NCBI GenBank assembly: GCA_011109175.1
Contig: RDEW01000058.1
Coordinates: 6,033-70,032 of the forward strand
Direction of reading: 5' to 3'
Source: Dicyema japonicum
Taxonomy: Eukaryota > Animalia > Dicyemida
Length of the DNA: 64,000 nucleotides
A program made the position numbers and the translations under genes. Positions 27,636 through 41,299 of this stretch are shown here, piece by piece. Numbering within the stretch: position 1 is the stretch's first letter; each line of letters opens with the position of its first letter. The notes below the pieces were generated by a model. The model was given only the letters and a program-made list of their open reading frames with translations. It did no database searches and had not been told where the DNA came from.

Positions 27636-28499
27636 TGATCTTAACCCCCGCTAGTATCGGCAACAATCATGTGTCTCCCAAGTTTTTTAAAGTCTTTAGT
27701 TTTGTACTGGACGAGATTCGAATCTAGATCCTTTGTGGATTTGACATTTCCTTGTTCAGAACTTTGGGTTTCCAACGTTTTTTGAGTCCGTCATCACTTC
27801 CATGATCACTAGAACTCATGGACTTTCATCCACCATCAAGCGAGTGGACATTTTGTGTAATAGAGGTATGTCACCACCGTAATTGTCTGGTCAATTAATA
27901 TATTCTCAATAAAAAGTGGATTCCTGTAATTTTTGTTGACGGGAGTTCGCAATTTCACAATCTCCCCCAAATTGAATATAAAATTTAATATACCTTATGT
28001 AATGATCTTTGACTGAGAAAGTCAAATCTTCCGATGAACTAATGTACTACAGAATCAATCAACTCACTCACCTAGTTTTTCTCTAGAATGTACTCAATTG
28101 ATTTGATCACGTTTCTATGTCCTTTATAAGACTTCACTATGCAGCACTTGTCTGCACAAGGTTGTGATTGGAATATTATTCGACAGAACTTCCAGACAAA
28201 TTTCCCGCTTCTAAATTATGCTAAGATCCCCTATTTTAGACTTAACAAATATGACGAGTTGGCTCTTTGTTAATTGTTTGGAAGATTACGAGGTTATAAA
28301 TCGAGCTTACTTCAAAGCTGTTGAAAGTCTTTGTTTACCTTCCTTTCATAACCATCGGCGATGGGATAGACAGAATAAAATGTTTTTACAAATTTCCAGA
28401 TTACTTCATCCAAAAAATCTGGAGAGCACGTACATACAAGTTAACAAAGATCCCACGAATCACTCAAAACCTCAAGATTAATAAATTATGAGTAAGGGA

Positions 28500-29010
28500 A
28501 GAGGGGAACTGTCTTTTATGATGCATTAAAAATAAGACAAAAGAGGAAACTGGTTTCCTTGTTGCTTGCGACGCTGGAATTGCTGAGTCGTCTAGGAAAT
28601 TTTTGAAGATCCTGGAAATTAGAGGAATGTTGAAACTCTCATGTGGTTCCCTATACAGGCTGATCGACAACACATTATCGAATTCAAAATTGGAGTCCAA
28701 CAAGACGACCCCAGTGGCCCCCTACTCTTTGCCTTGAGCATCGATTATGCAGCATCGGTGATTGGGACTCCACTGAACTTATGGTACCTGGATGATGCGA
28801 TCGTCGGAAGGAATTGCAAATTTTGCTGGCAAAGGTCGAGTACGCCATCTTAGCACTTGCAGCACTCTGGTTGGAACCAAATCCGTACAAATGTGAAATC
28901 ATTAGCGTTGCTTGTTGAGAGGACAACTTTGACCGTGTAATGGCTACGATTTCTACATATCTAAGGAATGTCTCGGTCACTCGACTCGAAAAACGCAATT
29001 TTATCGGCTC
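28500..29010 (+). mobile_element. CRE-clade reverse transcriptase remnant
   Basis: 'GVQQDDPSGPLLFALSI...LNLWYLDDAIVG' corresponds to GVQQGDPLGPLLF / WYLDD of CRE-type RT. Confidence 0.75.
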
Positions 29011-29478
29011 TCTCTAAATGGAAGTAATATGTCAAAAATGCATCTGGAGAAGCTCGATAAACAAAAACGAAATTCCAACAATAAATCTTAATATATCCGA
29101 TACTGAATAAAATTAAACATCGAGATGACCCTTGTTCTTAACAGCAATATCAATCCTGTGTAGACTGTCACGAACACTGGAAAAATTAGTCCTAAAAAGA
29201 ACACGCCATTTTTAAAACTATGTCAGAATAAAAATTCTTATAATTCACTCGCCCAATAAATAAAAAACGGCAGTGATCGGAAAGAGCGCTCATCTCGCGT
29301 TGTAGTTAAAGGACATTTGTAGTTTTGAAAGTATTAATTTTCTTTCTAAATTAAAAGCTAAAATTTTTAAAATAGAAATTTGGAGATATTTGCTAAAATT
29401 TAAATTTATTTTATTAGTATATAAAAATTTCTAATTTTTTGAATAGTTTTTATGTGTTATAATTTTATTTAGGTTTTA

Positions 29479-30333
29479 ATGGCCTCTTTATCAGTGGAAG
29501 AAAATATCTGTGATTTTAGTGACAAATCAATTCGCCTAGGTACATAAATTACCCTAAAAATAGGATTCATCAGAAAAGTGTATTCACTATTATCACTTCA
29601 ACTGCTATACTCAGTCGGCATAATTTGCTTATTTATATTCACGTAATTTTACAAAATGACCAATAGAATTGAGATTAATATCTACATGCGAATCCAAATT
29701 TGGTTTATGTACACAAATATGTATTCCCACGTATAAACATAGGGCCTTTGTCATTGTGATGTTATTCATAAATATTTATCTCTCTTCTTATATTCGCAAA
29801 GTTCCTCAAAATTACATTATGCTTTTCTTATTTGTCAGTTATTAGATTTATTTAGACATTTTTCTTATCTAACTATATGGGGCTGTGACCTGGTTTACTT
29901 GGGGATTATTGTAGTTACTATAATATCTTTGCTGTGCTGATCGCCATTGGAGTGACCGCTGTTATGGCTATTGGGCTTACCTTGTTCAGTTTTCAGACAA
30001 AGGTGTTGTGTGGTTGATTTTAGATCGACTTTACGATAACAGCTGGATGGGCATTCTGTGCAATTTTGGTCTTGATTGTGTTTGGACTGATATTCCCGAT
30101 CTCTCACGTGCCTGTGTTACATAAGGTTTACTCATGTCTGTGTGCCTTGATATTCTGTTGGGTTTGACGGAGACTGATTGTAGTATATTGTGATTGACAC
30201 TCAAATGTTGATGGATGGACATAAAGAGCATACCATTTCACCTGAGGATTATGTGTGGGCTGCACTCAATCTGTATTGTGATTTTGTCAACCTATTCCTT
30301 ACCATTCTGCGTTTATTTAACAAAGATGAATAA
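29479..30333 (+). CDS. TMBIM: Lifeguard/TMBIM (Bax-inhibitor-1 superfamily) membrane protein, ~232 aa, 8 exons; one -1 frameshift at the G4 run 29879-29882
   Basis: Removing seven GT-AG introns (24,24,22,22,22,21,22 nt) gives 'MASLSVEENICDFSDKSIRLGFIRKVYSLL...LTLFSFQTKIDFT...YIVIDTQ...SPEDYVWAALNLYCDFVNLFL...DE*'. The three other copies have G5 at the frameshift site. Confidence 0.9.
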
Positions 30334-31129
30334 ATAATACTGTTTTATTGGTTTGTGAAATCAAATTGCTTTTATTGAGTTTGGTATTTTAATAATTTCT
30401 AACATTGAGAACTCTGAAGTTTCTCTCTCAAGCCTACATCGCACACCATCCTATCACATCTATCCAAATCCCTCAACAAAAGAAAAATTATTATGACAAC
30501 GAGTGACCGAAATCGTCAGAACAGAGACAGGGTCATATTTCTTTGAGAACCATCCGAATACTCGGGATAATAAAATACTAAGTCGTCTCCTCCTCCAATA
30601 GACGGTCTGAATGTTTTCTTTGGGGACATCCGGGTAAACCTGGCTCTTCTTCCTCTACCGACGCACGTATGTAAACTGGATGATGTAAAAGATGTCATGT
30701 CCCCTTTTTTAACCTCTCTATTTCGACAGCAAATCACCTTTTTGAATGTCCTGAGTTAGTGCAATGTTTTCGACAACGACAAGACTTTCCGATATATGGA
30801 GGCAACCGGCAATTGCTGCGTCCTTCTTGATTGTCACTGATCTCGTGCAAGTTAGTTAGATTGGGGTTACTTAACTAACTAACATTGACCTTAAGTTCTT
30901 TACTTTAGTCGAAAGGTACACCTAAGGACATAATTTTATTTTTAGGGTCAATTCTTGTTAAGGGAAACTATTATTATGCTTATTACATGGTCTCCCCTTC
31001 ATGAGGAGTAACTCCCATTGTGGGCTCAGTGTCTGCATTTTAAACAGAGTTCATATCAGCTATGTCAGGTTAATTAATTATTCATAAGTTTGATGTCTCA
31101 TACACCTTATATAGGTTTATTGCATTGAG

Positions 31130-31620
31130 CTCTGTATGCAACAAATTTATGACATTCTCTCACATTTTAAGCAATATTGTTCAAGACTACATGACATTAC
31201 TTCCTTTGTCTCCTAACACTCCAAGGTAGCGATAGCCTTCATGTCCATTAAGAAATTTTACTTCTTCCATACATCTCAGATTAATGGTAGACTTTACAGA
31301 ACTCATCAATATCATTTATCATCTTCACCATTGAATCTTCCTTCTCAGTAAATATTTTTACATCATCAATGAAAAGTAAGTGATTGGTTAAATACGTTAT
31401 CAATGATGAATTACTTTGGAATATGTACAATTTTGGGAATTTATTATTTTAAGTTTTGCTTAAAAGAGCTACGACTAGGTGACACAGATAATAATAATGA
31501 GTGAATCACATGCTTTCTTATCGTCAATCAAGTTGCAAACAAATTATTCCCATATTCATTATTTACACACTGATTGATCCAGTTGTCATAAAAATTGTCG
31601 TGGTATGAAATGACAGAATC
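31130..31620 (-). mobile_element. R4/Dong-like non-LTR RT remnant (partial copies at about 36100-36620 and 40790-41300 include a nuclease fragment)
   Basis: 'NLIDDKKACDS', 'NHLLFIDDVKIF' and 'GYRYLGV'. At about 36130-36250, 'TDSEIQHNNPSIVVYDKMKNEIVIIEV' matches the HNRPDIVV.DK...IIEV nuclease motif. Confidence 0.6.
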
Positions 31621-31689
31621 TATCTAATTAGAGCACCTAATTGGGTTCTAAATATGATGATTTATCATTTAACTTTTTATAAGCCTACC

Positions 31690-32760
31690 TGTTATCTTTT
31701 GCTGTTAATGTAACTGGTTTTGTAACCAATTTTAAATTTTTAAAAGCAATAATATAATTAATATATTATTCAAAATACGTAATAAAATTGAATAAATAAA
31801 TTAAATAGAATAAAGTAACTAAATCTTATTTCTAACCAAAATCCTTATTTTCTATAGTCATGTTAGCATTAATTAATTACGATTGCGACACATGCCAAGC
31901 ACGTTGTCTGGGTTTCTTATTGCACTACAGACTGAAATAATATTTATAATTACATATTCGATATGTTGATTGGTAGAATAACCTAATTGTATTAATATCA
32001 AAAAATACATTCCATCATTATTTAGATATATCTCAGTAAAGACAGGTTTAAATCTAAACTAAAAATAATTCTATACGCTTGTGGTATGTTAAATGGATCA
32101 AAATAATGCAAGAATACTAATTTAATATTAAGAATACCCTTCTAATCGAACATTATCTGAAAGAGCTACTCTAAAAGATTGTATAATAGAATCAGTAGGA
32201 AAATAACTATAAATTAATAATATAACTTACACATGTTCGAGATTTATCAGTGTTTCTGCAAAATTGATATGTATAAGTGTCAGTCCATAACAAGTTTTGA
32301 ATGACTAACAATTTAAAATATATAAAACATTGCTATAATTGTACCTAGGAAACGTATTCGAATGAATAGTTGTAATACTATGATCATTTTGGCAACGACT
32401 ATAAATAATTTATATATAATACAAATTTTCAACATTCAATGTATCAAATGAAAAAATATTTCCGTCATGTATAGTAATGTTTCGTACATTAAGAATTGTA
32501 TCTCTGAATCGTAGTTAAGTTCAGGATTATTCCGAGTTGACAGTCAATCCAATATCTGTAATAATAAATGATTATAAATATTACACATTGATACGATCAA
32601 TTACTTGATCGTTACATTCTTTTATCATAGTCGTGTAATAAAACATTGTTGTAAAGATAACAGAATAGTACATCATAATTATTGCATCAATTTACGGAAT
32701 TTGTTTTATAAACCTATTAATTAATTCATATTTCACTATCCATAGCGTCGACAATGCGCT
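31690..32760 (-). pseudogene. Degenerate micro-intron gene, putative BspA-like LRR surface protein (copy A)
   Basis: About 10 GT-AG introns, mostly 18-31 nt, on the minus strand. Spliced peptide includes 'SITTIHSNTFP', 'FKTCYGLTLIHINF', 'YFPTDSIIQSF' and a hydrophobic end 'VTLFYLIYLFNFIT'. Contains indels and stops. Confidence 0.55.
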
Positions 32761-32999
32761 CACACTTGTGCACAAATTAGAAATATATTTTTCCTATAAA
32801 ACCTTCCCAACAGCTTATCAGTTTCCATAATATCTTTTAATGTCACAACTATTAATCTCAAAACACGTTTCCGCGTATTTTACATATTTCCATATGATTA
32901 AACAACATGCTCAAAGTCAGTGCTTTGAACGGTGATGATTTTTATTCTTCCGAGTGGTGTTTTTGAACTACAAATTTATTAAAATATTGAAAAATCATC

Positions 33000-33900
33000 A
33001 CTATTATGACTTTTGTTTTTAATAAAGTGAAAGAAATTTACGACAATAGTGATTATTTCTGCAATGTCTTGAGAATTGGATTCAATCAAATCATTGAGTC
33101 TTATAATGAGTTTGACGACCATTACTTGGATATTTATAGAAAACAAATTTTTGTAAGAATCAATTTAAATTAATTTCACTTAAATATTGTTATGGTAAAT
33201 CACATAATTTTTCTGTTGCATATTGATTTTAATGGTGCTTTAGATTGTTCTTGATTTTATATTTGGATATTTGTAGATCTTAGTAATCTGCTCTTTTACT
33301 TTGCGTAAATTTCGCTCTAATTTTTGAAGGTAAATAAGATCTCAAATGGCTGATTATTTTAAAATGAGAGACCATTTTGACAATCCGTACTAACAATCTG
33401 TGATGTATGACTTAATAATTTAATTAATTGTAATATTTGTCTTGAACAAAAATATTGTATTTTAATTCTTTAACAATTTTATCCCTTTGTTTTTAGTTAT
33501 TCATTAGCTAATCATATGTTATTTCTTATTCAATTGATAGTTATTACTTCTTTAAGTATAGTGTGAGTTCTGTCGCAGGTGAGGTTCATGTAATGGAAAT
33601 ATTACCTGCTTTTTGTTTGAAGGGCGTTTTTATAATTAAGGTTAACAATAAGGAAAACTGATGCTTATTTGAAAATTCTAAATTAATTAACACAATTTTA
33701 TATTTCGAAAAGTACTTAGATATTTCAAATCTTTGTTAAGAGACTGCGCGTGATTTCACAAGCATACAGAGAGTGCATATAAGTATTAAATGAGCAATCA
33801 ATTTTTTTATCAAATAATTACGTTGAGTTCATGAAATTAGAAGCAGATAAGTGATAAAATTATAAGCAATTCCTTTATAACCATGCTCGTTGGAGAAGGG
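33000..33900 (+). pseudogene. Unidentified decayed segment with donor/acceptor-like sites (repeated at about 37730-38580 and 42440-43080)
   Basis: Frame 'NEFDDHYLDIYRKQIF' is followed by GTAAG in copies A and B, plus a 25-nt GT...AG. No recognisable product. Confidence 0.25.
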
Positions 33901-33999
33901 GAATTTAAACTGGTTGTTCAGCTGTGCTTAAAAATAGGTAGTGGACTATGTAAAGCATTTTTTCTGAATTAGACTCTATTGCTGGTTTTCTTCTAAAGT

Positions 34000-34640
34000 T
34001 GGGCCTGATGCAGAAATATCTGATCTCCTCTACTGGAAAGTTGGGAAAATATCATATCTCCTAACAATTATCGACCAGATGAATAAGGAAGACAAAGTTG
34101 AGTGGGTTTCGAAAGTTTCCGAGTATCCCAGGCAAGATTGGGAGACTATCTCGAAGTGGATGGCCTTTAATAGGGAAAACCTTCATTAAAAATTTCATAC
34201 GTAAAGTCCATGGAAAATCGGAAGAGGTCGTCAAAATTTAAACCAAAGTGGTTTATTGCTCAAATAGATCGGAGAACTTGGAAATATATTCAACAATCGG
34301 AATATCATATTAAGGAGATGCTATAGATGGGTTCTACTACCAAATTCGTGAATTGATGTTGATCCCTCGCGATGGTCGTAAACCTACGTAGAAAGTTCAG
34401 TACCAACTTCTTAAAAAGGAGGTTGTATTTGCTAGTAACCCCACAATCATATTAAGTGTCCACCATAAACAATATTACAGATTTTATTTTTTCTAGACAA
34501 TTTATTAAAGTCACAAATTAATAAAAATGGTACTAAATAAAAAACAAAGACAAATACAAGAGCAGCAATGCATAGCAACTCTTCCCGCCCTCCGGGAACT
34601 TCGATGGTTAAATTCTTCACGAAAGAAGACAAGAGGCTGT
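34000..34640 (+). mobile_element. Degraded CR1/L2-like RT C-terminal remnant (copies at about 38700-39360 and 43130-43640)
   Basis: 'DWETISKWMAFN', 'IGELGNIFNN' (DLGVIFD-like) and 'LPALRELQWLNLHERRQ' (L..L.W..L.ERR). Confidence 0.5.
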
Positions 34641-34889
34641 GCACGTCTGAAGAATCTAAATTCGCAAACGGAATCTCTATAAAGATGTTTAAAGCAGGAC
34701 CAGATTCCATGACAAAGAAAGCGGAACCCACTCGTGAAACCGATACGAGAGCGACCGACACTTCTAGTACATACTCTTACAAACTGACTATTCAGATCTC
34801 AGTCGACTCTGCTATGAGTGCGATTAAGATCTCTAACGTATTGATATCATTAAGATCTTACTTATACGACAAATCACGATATATTAGCA

Positions 34890-35362
34890 TGAGCCAGAAG
34901 AAATTATCTGTGATTTTAGTTACCAATCAATTCGCTTAGGTACATAAATTATCCTAATAACAGGATTCATTAGAAAAGTGTATTCACTATTTTCACTTTA
35001 AATAACATTCTAAGTCGGCATAATCTGCTTATTTATATTCACGTAATTTTACAAACTAACCAATAGACTTAAGATTCATATCTACATGAATGTCCAAATT
35101 TGGTTTATGTACACAAATATGTATTGCCACGTATAAAATAGGGCCTTGGTCATTGAGATGTTACTTAAAAAAACATTTTTTTCTACTTTTATATGCAAAG
35201 TTCCTATAAATTACATTATGCTTTTTTTATTTGTCACTTTTTAGATTTATTTAGACATTTTTCTTTTCTAACTAGATGGGGGATGTGACCTGGTTTACTT
35301 GGGGATTATTGTTGTTACTATAATATCAATGCTGTGTTGATAGCCATTGAGTGACCACTGTT
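34890..35362 (+). pseudogene. Truncated TMBIM pseudogene
   Basis: Matches exons 1-6 of 29479-30333 but lacks the ATG. Has TAT>TAG, a mutated intron-5 acceptor (GTTG) and no 3' exons. Confidence 0.9.
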
Positions 35363-36609
35363 GGTAAAGCTGACTCGTCTCTCTCTAACGACGCAAGTAT
35401 GTAAACTGGATGATGTAAAAAATGTTTTGTCCCCTTTGTAACCTCTCTGATTTGACAGCAAACCACCTTTTAAATGTCCTGAATTAGTGAAATGTTTTTT
35501 TTACAACGACAAGACTGTCTAATATATGGAGGCAACCTACTTAATTGCCGTTAGTCTCCTACAAGTTAATGAGATTTGGGTTACTTAACTCACTAACATT
35601 TACTTTGTCCTTATGTTCTTTGCGTTAGTCAGTACCTGCAGATTAAACTGAGTTCATATTAGTTTTTTCAGGTTAATTAATTATTTATAAGTTTGATGTC
35701 TCATAGACCTTAGGACACGTGTGCTTCTCCTTAAGAATTTTCTTCATATTTGAGATGCTCTTTCTATTTGAAAACCTCCATTGATACAACCAACAACTTC
35801 ACTCGTCCACCAGCACTTGGCTAATTTTTATAGACGAAATAGGAGTCAATTGTTCTATGAGATCCAAAATTGGAAGATCTATAAAAGGAATTACTCCATA
35901 AAATATTTTAGAAACATAAGAAAAAAATTTCTCTATTTGTGCTGCTAGTTCAGTGGACGGTCTTTTACATTACAAAATCAATTCCTCCATTATCGTGCTG
36001 AGACGTTCATTGATTTTGTAATCAGTATATTATAAGCTTGAACATGCATGGGAAAAAGTATGGTCATATGTTATATTCAAAACATGCTATTGATATGTGA
36101 GTGCTTCTTGTGAGGTGATTCAACTTCTATAATCACAATCTCATTCTTCATTTTGTCATACACAACAATGCTTGGATTATTGTGTTGAATTTCACTGTCA
36201 GTCTCGGGCTATTATTTTGACTGGTTAACCATTTCGAAGATCCGGCTAGGTCAACGTTTCATCTTCGTAACTGTTAAACAGCATAGAATGAAGTGGCATC
36301 TTCTCAATCGAATCAATCGTCCTTTCTCTGGTTTTATGATAGTCTTTATATTAACATGTAGATTTATCCGAACATCAATACATGACACAATAATCAGGTG
36401 AGTGAATCACATGCTTTCTTATCGTCAATCAAGTTGCAAACAAATTATTCACATATTTATTATTTACACACTGATTGATCCAGTTGTCATAAAAATTGTC
36501 GTGGTCATGAAATGACAGAATCTATCTAATTAGAGCACCTAATTGGATTCTAAATATGATGATTTATCATTTAACCCTTTATAAGCCTACCTGTTATCTT
36601 TTGCTGTTA

Positions 36610-37680
36610 ATGTAACTGGTTTTGTAACCAATTTTAAATTTTTAAAAGCAATAATAGAATTAATATATTATTCAAAATACGTAATAAAATTGAATAAATA
36701 AATTAAATAGAATAAAGTAACTAAATCTTATTTCTAACTAAAATCCTTATTTCTATAGTCATGTTAGCATTAATTAATTACGATTGACACACATGCCAAG
36801 CACGTTGTCTGGGTTTCTTATTGCACTACAGACTGAAATAATATTTATAATTACATATTCGATATGTTGATTGGTAGAATAATCTAATTGTATTAATATC
36901 AAAAAATACACTCCATCATTACCTAGATATGTATTCTTGGTATCAGATTTATATCTAAATTAAATCTAATTCTATACGCTTGTGGTATGTTAAATGGATC
37001 AAAACATAATGCAAGAATACTAATTTAATATTAGGAATACCCTTTTAATTCAATATGATAAGAAACAGCAATCCTAAAAGATTGTATAATGGAATTAGTA
37101 GGGAAATAACTATAAATTAATAATATAACTTACACATATCCGAGTTTTATCAGGTTTTCTGCAAAATTTATATGAATAAATATAAGTGCGTGACAAGTTT
37201 CGAAATTTCTATAAATTAAAATATATAAAACAATCCTATAATTGTGATTGGAAATAAATTTGAATGAATAGTTGTAATACTACGATCTTCCGCGCATTGA
37301 CTATGAATGATTTATATTATAATACAATTTTTTAAGATTCATTCTCTCAAATGATAGAATGTCTGCGGGCAGTAGAGTAATGTTGCTTGCATAAAGAATT
37401 GATATCTCTGAATCGTAGCTCAGTTTAGGATTACTGTCAAATTGACAGTCCGTCCAAAATCTGTGATAATAAATAAATTTAAATAATACACTTTGTTCCT
37501 AACGATTGCTTGATCGTAACATTTCCTAATCATTGTCGAGTAAAAAAACATTGCTGTGAAGATAACGGAATTGTACATCAGAATTATTATATCAATTTAC
37601 GAAATTTGTGTTATAAACCAATTAATTAATTCATATCTCACCGTGAATAAAGTAGTCGTGGCGTGACACTTGTGCATAGC
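36610..37680 (-). pseudogene. Putative BspA-like LRR surface-protein pseudogene (copy B)
   Basis: Spliced: 'FWTDCQFDSNPKLSYDSEISILYASNITLLPADILSF...QCAEDRSITTIHSNLFP|NFETCHALIFIHINFAENLIKLGYV|YFPTNSIIQSFRIAVSYHIELKG|ILALCFDPFNIPQA|YKSDTKNTYLGNDGV|LFYQSTYRI|FCSAIRNPDNVLGMCVN'. Example intron 37110-37133 (24 nt). One donor is lost. Confidence 0.55.
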
Positions 37681-39589
37681 TTGAAAATATTTATTCCAAT
37701 AAAACCTTCCCACGTGCTTGTTTTTACTTAAAGTGAAAGAAATTTACGACAATAGTGATTTTTCTGCAATGTCTTGAGAATTGGATTCAATCAAATCAAT
37801 GAGTCTTATCAATGAGTTTGACGACCATTACTTGGACATTTATAGAAAACGAATTTTTGTAAGAATAAATTTAAATTAATTTCCCTTAAATATTGTTATT
37901 GTAAATAACATGATTTTTCTGTTGCATATTGATTTTATTGGAGCTTTAGAGTGTTCTTGATTTTATATTTGGGATATTTATAGATCTTTTTAATCTGCTC
38001 TTTTACCTTGCGTAATATTCGCTCTATTTTTTGAAGGTAAATAAGGTCACAAATGGCTGATTATTTTGAAAATGAGAGACCATTTCGCCAATCCGTTCTA
38101 ACAATTCTAGATGTATGAAATAATAATTTATTTAATTGTGATATTTGTATTTAACAAAAATATTGTCTTATATTTACATTAACAATTTAATCCTTTTATT
38201 TTTAGTTATTCAGTGGCTTATATATATTATTACCTATTCAATTGATGGTCATTACTTGTTTAAATAAAGTGTGAGTTCTGTCGCAGGTGAGGTTCAAGTA
38301 ATGGAAATATTACCTGCTTTTTATTTGAAGGGCATTTTTTATAATTAAGGTTAACAATAAGGAAAACTGATACTTATTTGAATGTTCTGAATTAATTAAC
38401 ACAATTTTATATTTCGAAAATTACTTAGATATTTCAAATCTTTGTTAAGAGACTGCGCGTGATTTCACAAGCATACAGAGAGTGCATATAAGTATTAAAT
38501 GAGCAATCAATTTTTTTATCAAATAATTACGTTGAGTTCATGAAATTAGAAGCAGATAAGTGATAAAATTATAAGCAATTCCTTTATAACATGCTCAAAG
38601 TCATGCTCGTTGGAGAAGGTGAATTTAAACTGGTTGTTCAGCTGTGCTTAAATATAGGTAGTGGACTATGTAAAGCTGTCTTTCTGAGTTAGACTCTATT
38701 GCTAGCATTCTGGTAAAGTTGGATTTGATGCAGAAATATCTGATCTCCTCTACTGGAAAGTTGGCAAAATATCATATCTCCAACGATTATCGACCAGATG
38801 AACAAGGTGGACAAAGTTAAGTGGATTTCGTAAGTTTCCGAGTATCCCTAGCAAAATTGGAAGACTACCTCGAAGTGGATGGCCTTTAATAGGGAAAACC
38901 TTCATTAAAAATTTCATACGTAAAGTCCATAGAAAATCGGAAGAGGTCGTCTAAATTTAAACCAAAGTGGTTTATTGCTCAAATAGATCGGAGAACTTGG
39001 AAATATATTCAACAATCGGAATATCATATTAAGGAGATGCTATAGATGGGTTCTACTAACAAATTCGTGAATTGATGTTGATCCCTCGCGATGGTCGTAA
39101 ACTTACGCAGAAAGTTCAGTACCAACTTCTTAAAAAGGAGGTTGTATTTGCTAGTAACCCCGCAATCATATTAAGTGTCCACCATAAACAATATTACAGA
39201 TTTTATTTTTTCTGGACAATTAATTAAAGTCACAAATTAATAAAAATGATACTAAATAAAAAACAAAGACAAATACAAGAGCTGCAATGCATAGCAACTC
39301 TTCCCGCCCTCCGGGAACTTCAATGATTAAATCCTTCACGAAAGAAGACAAGAGGCTCTGCATGTGTGAAGAATCTAAATCCACAAACGGAATTCCTATA
39401 AGATGTCCAACTCATAACCAGATAAGAAAGCAGAACCAATTAGTGAAACCGATACGAGAGGGACCGACACTTCTAGTACATACTCTTACAAACTGACTAT
39501 TCAGATCTCAGTCGACTCTGCTATGAGTGCGATTAAGATCTCTAACGTAATGTACTTATACGACAAATCACGATATATTAGCATGAGCC

Positions 39590-40062
39590 AGAAGAAATTA
39601 TCTGTGATTTTAGTTACCAATCAATTCGCTTAGGTACATAAATTATCCTAATAACAGGATTTATTAGAAAAGTGTATTCACTATTATCACTTCAAATAAC
39701 ATACTAAGTCGGCATAATCTGCTTATTTATATTCACGTAATTTTACAAACTAACCAATAGACTTAAGATTCATATCTACATGAATGTCCAAATTTGGTTT
39801 ATGTACACAAATATGTATTGCCACGTATAAACATAGGGCCTTGGTCATTGTGATGTTACTTAAAAAAACATTTATCTCTACTTTTATATGTACACAAAGT
39901 TCCTCAAAATTACATTATGTTTTTTTTATTTGTCACTTTTTAGATTTATTTAGACATTTTTCTTATCTAACTAAATGGGGGCTGTGACCTAGTTTCCTTG
40001 GAGATTATTGTAGTTACTATAATATCAATGCTGTGGTGATAGCCATTGGAGTTACCGCTGTG
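39590..40062 (+). pseudogene. Truncated TMBIM pseudogene
   Basis: Same truncation points as 34890-35362; in-frame TAA at the NYM codon. Confidence 0.9.
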
Positions 40063-41299
40063 GGTAAACCTGGCTCGTCTCTCTCTAACGACGAAGTATG
40101 TAAACTGGATGATGTAAAAAATGTTCTCTCCCCTTTTAACCTTCTGATTTGACAGCAAACCACCTTTTAAATGTCCTGAATTAGTGAAATGTTTTTTTAC
40201 AACGACAAGACTGTCTAATATATGGAGGCAACCTACTTAATTGCCGTTGGTCTCCTACAAGTTAGTGAGATTTGGGTTTACTTAACTCACTAACATTTAC
40301 TTTGTCCTTATGTTCTTTGCGTTAGTCAGTACCTGCAGATTAAACAGAGTTCATATTAGCTATGTCAGGTTAATTAATTATTTATAAGTTTGATGTCTCA
40401 TACACCTTAGGACACGTGTGCCCCTCCTTAAAAATATTCTTGACATTTGAGATGCTCTTTCTATTTGAAAACCTCCATTGATACAACCAACAACTTCACT
40501 CGTCCACCAGCACTTGGCTAATTTTTATAGACGAAATAGGAGTCAATTGTTCTATGAGATCCAAAATTGGAAGATCTATAAAAGGAATTACTCCATAAAA
40601 TATTTTAGAAATATAAGAAAAAAATTTCTCTATTTGTGCTGCTAGTTCAGTGGACGGTCTTTTACATTACAAAATCAATTCCTCCATTATCGTGCGGAGA
40701 CGTTCATTGATTTTGTAATCAGTATATTATAAGCTTGAACATGCATGGGAAAAAGTATGGTCATATGTTATATTCAAAACATGCTATTGATATGTGAGTG
40801 CTTCTTGTGAGGTGATCTTAACTTCTATAATTACATTCTCATTCTTCATTTTGTCATACACAACAATGTCTGGATTATTGTGTTGAACTTTACTGTCAGT
40901 CTCGGGCTATTATTTCGACTGGTTAACCATTCCGAAGATCCGGCTAGGTAAACGTTTTCATCTTCATAACTGTTAAACAGCATAAAATGCAGTGGCATTT
41001 TTTCAATAGAATCAATCAGTCCTTTCTTCTGGCTTTCTATGATAGTCTTTATATTAACATGACTAGATTTATCCGAACGTCATAATACATGACACATATA
41101 ATCATGGTGAGTGAATCACATGCTTTCTTATCGTCAATCAAGTTGCAAACAAATTATTCACAAATTCATTATTTACACACTGATTGATCCAGTTGTCATA
41201 AAAATTGTCGTGGTTATAAAATGACAGAATCTATCTAATTGAGAACCTAATTGGCTTCTAAATATGATGATTCATCATTTAATCCTTTAAAGCCTACCT

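Noticed and set aside
29460-29478. Spliced-leader trans-splice acceptor before the ATG (similar AG sites precede MED1 and DNAH6)
   Set aside because: A plausible cis donor GT lies upstream in each case, so an ordinary 5' UTR intron explains it. The two cannot be separated without cDNA.
30109-30126. 18-nt intron in TMBIM (GTGCCTGTGTTACATAAG)
   Set aside because: It is in frame, has no stop, and its translation (VPVLHK) fits the expected family spacing, so it was treated as coding.
34447-34939. ORFs of 104 and 123 aa as protein genes
   Set aside because: They are alternative frames across a decayed RT remnant running into a TMBIM pseudogene, and are not preserved in the other array units.
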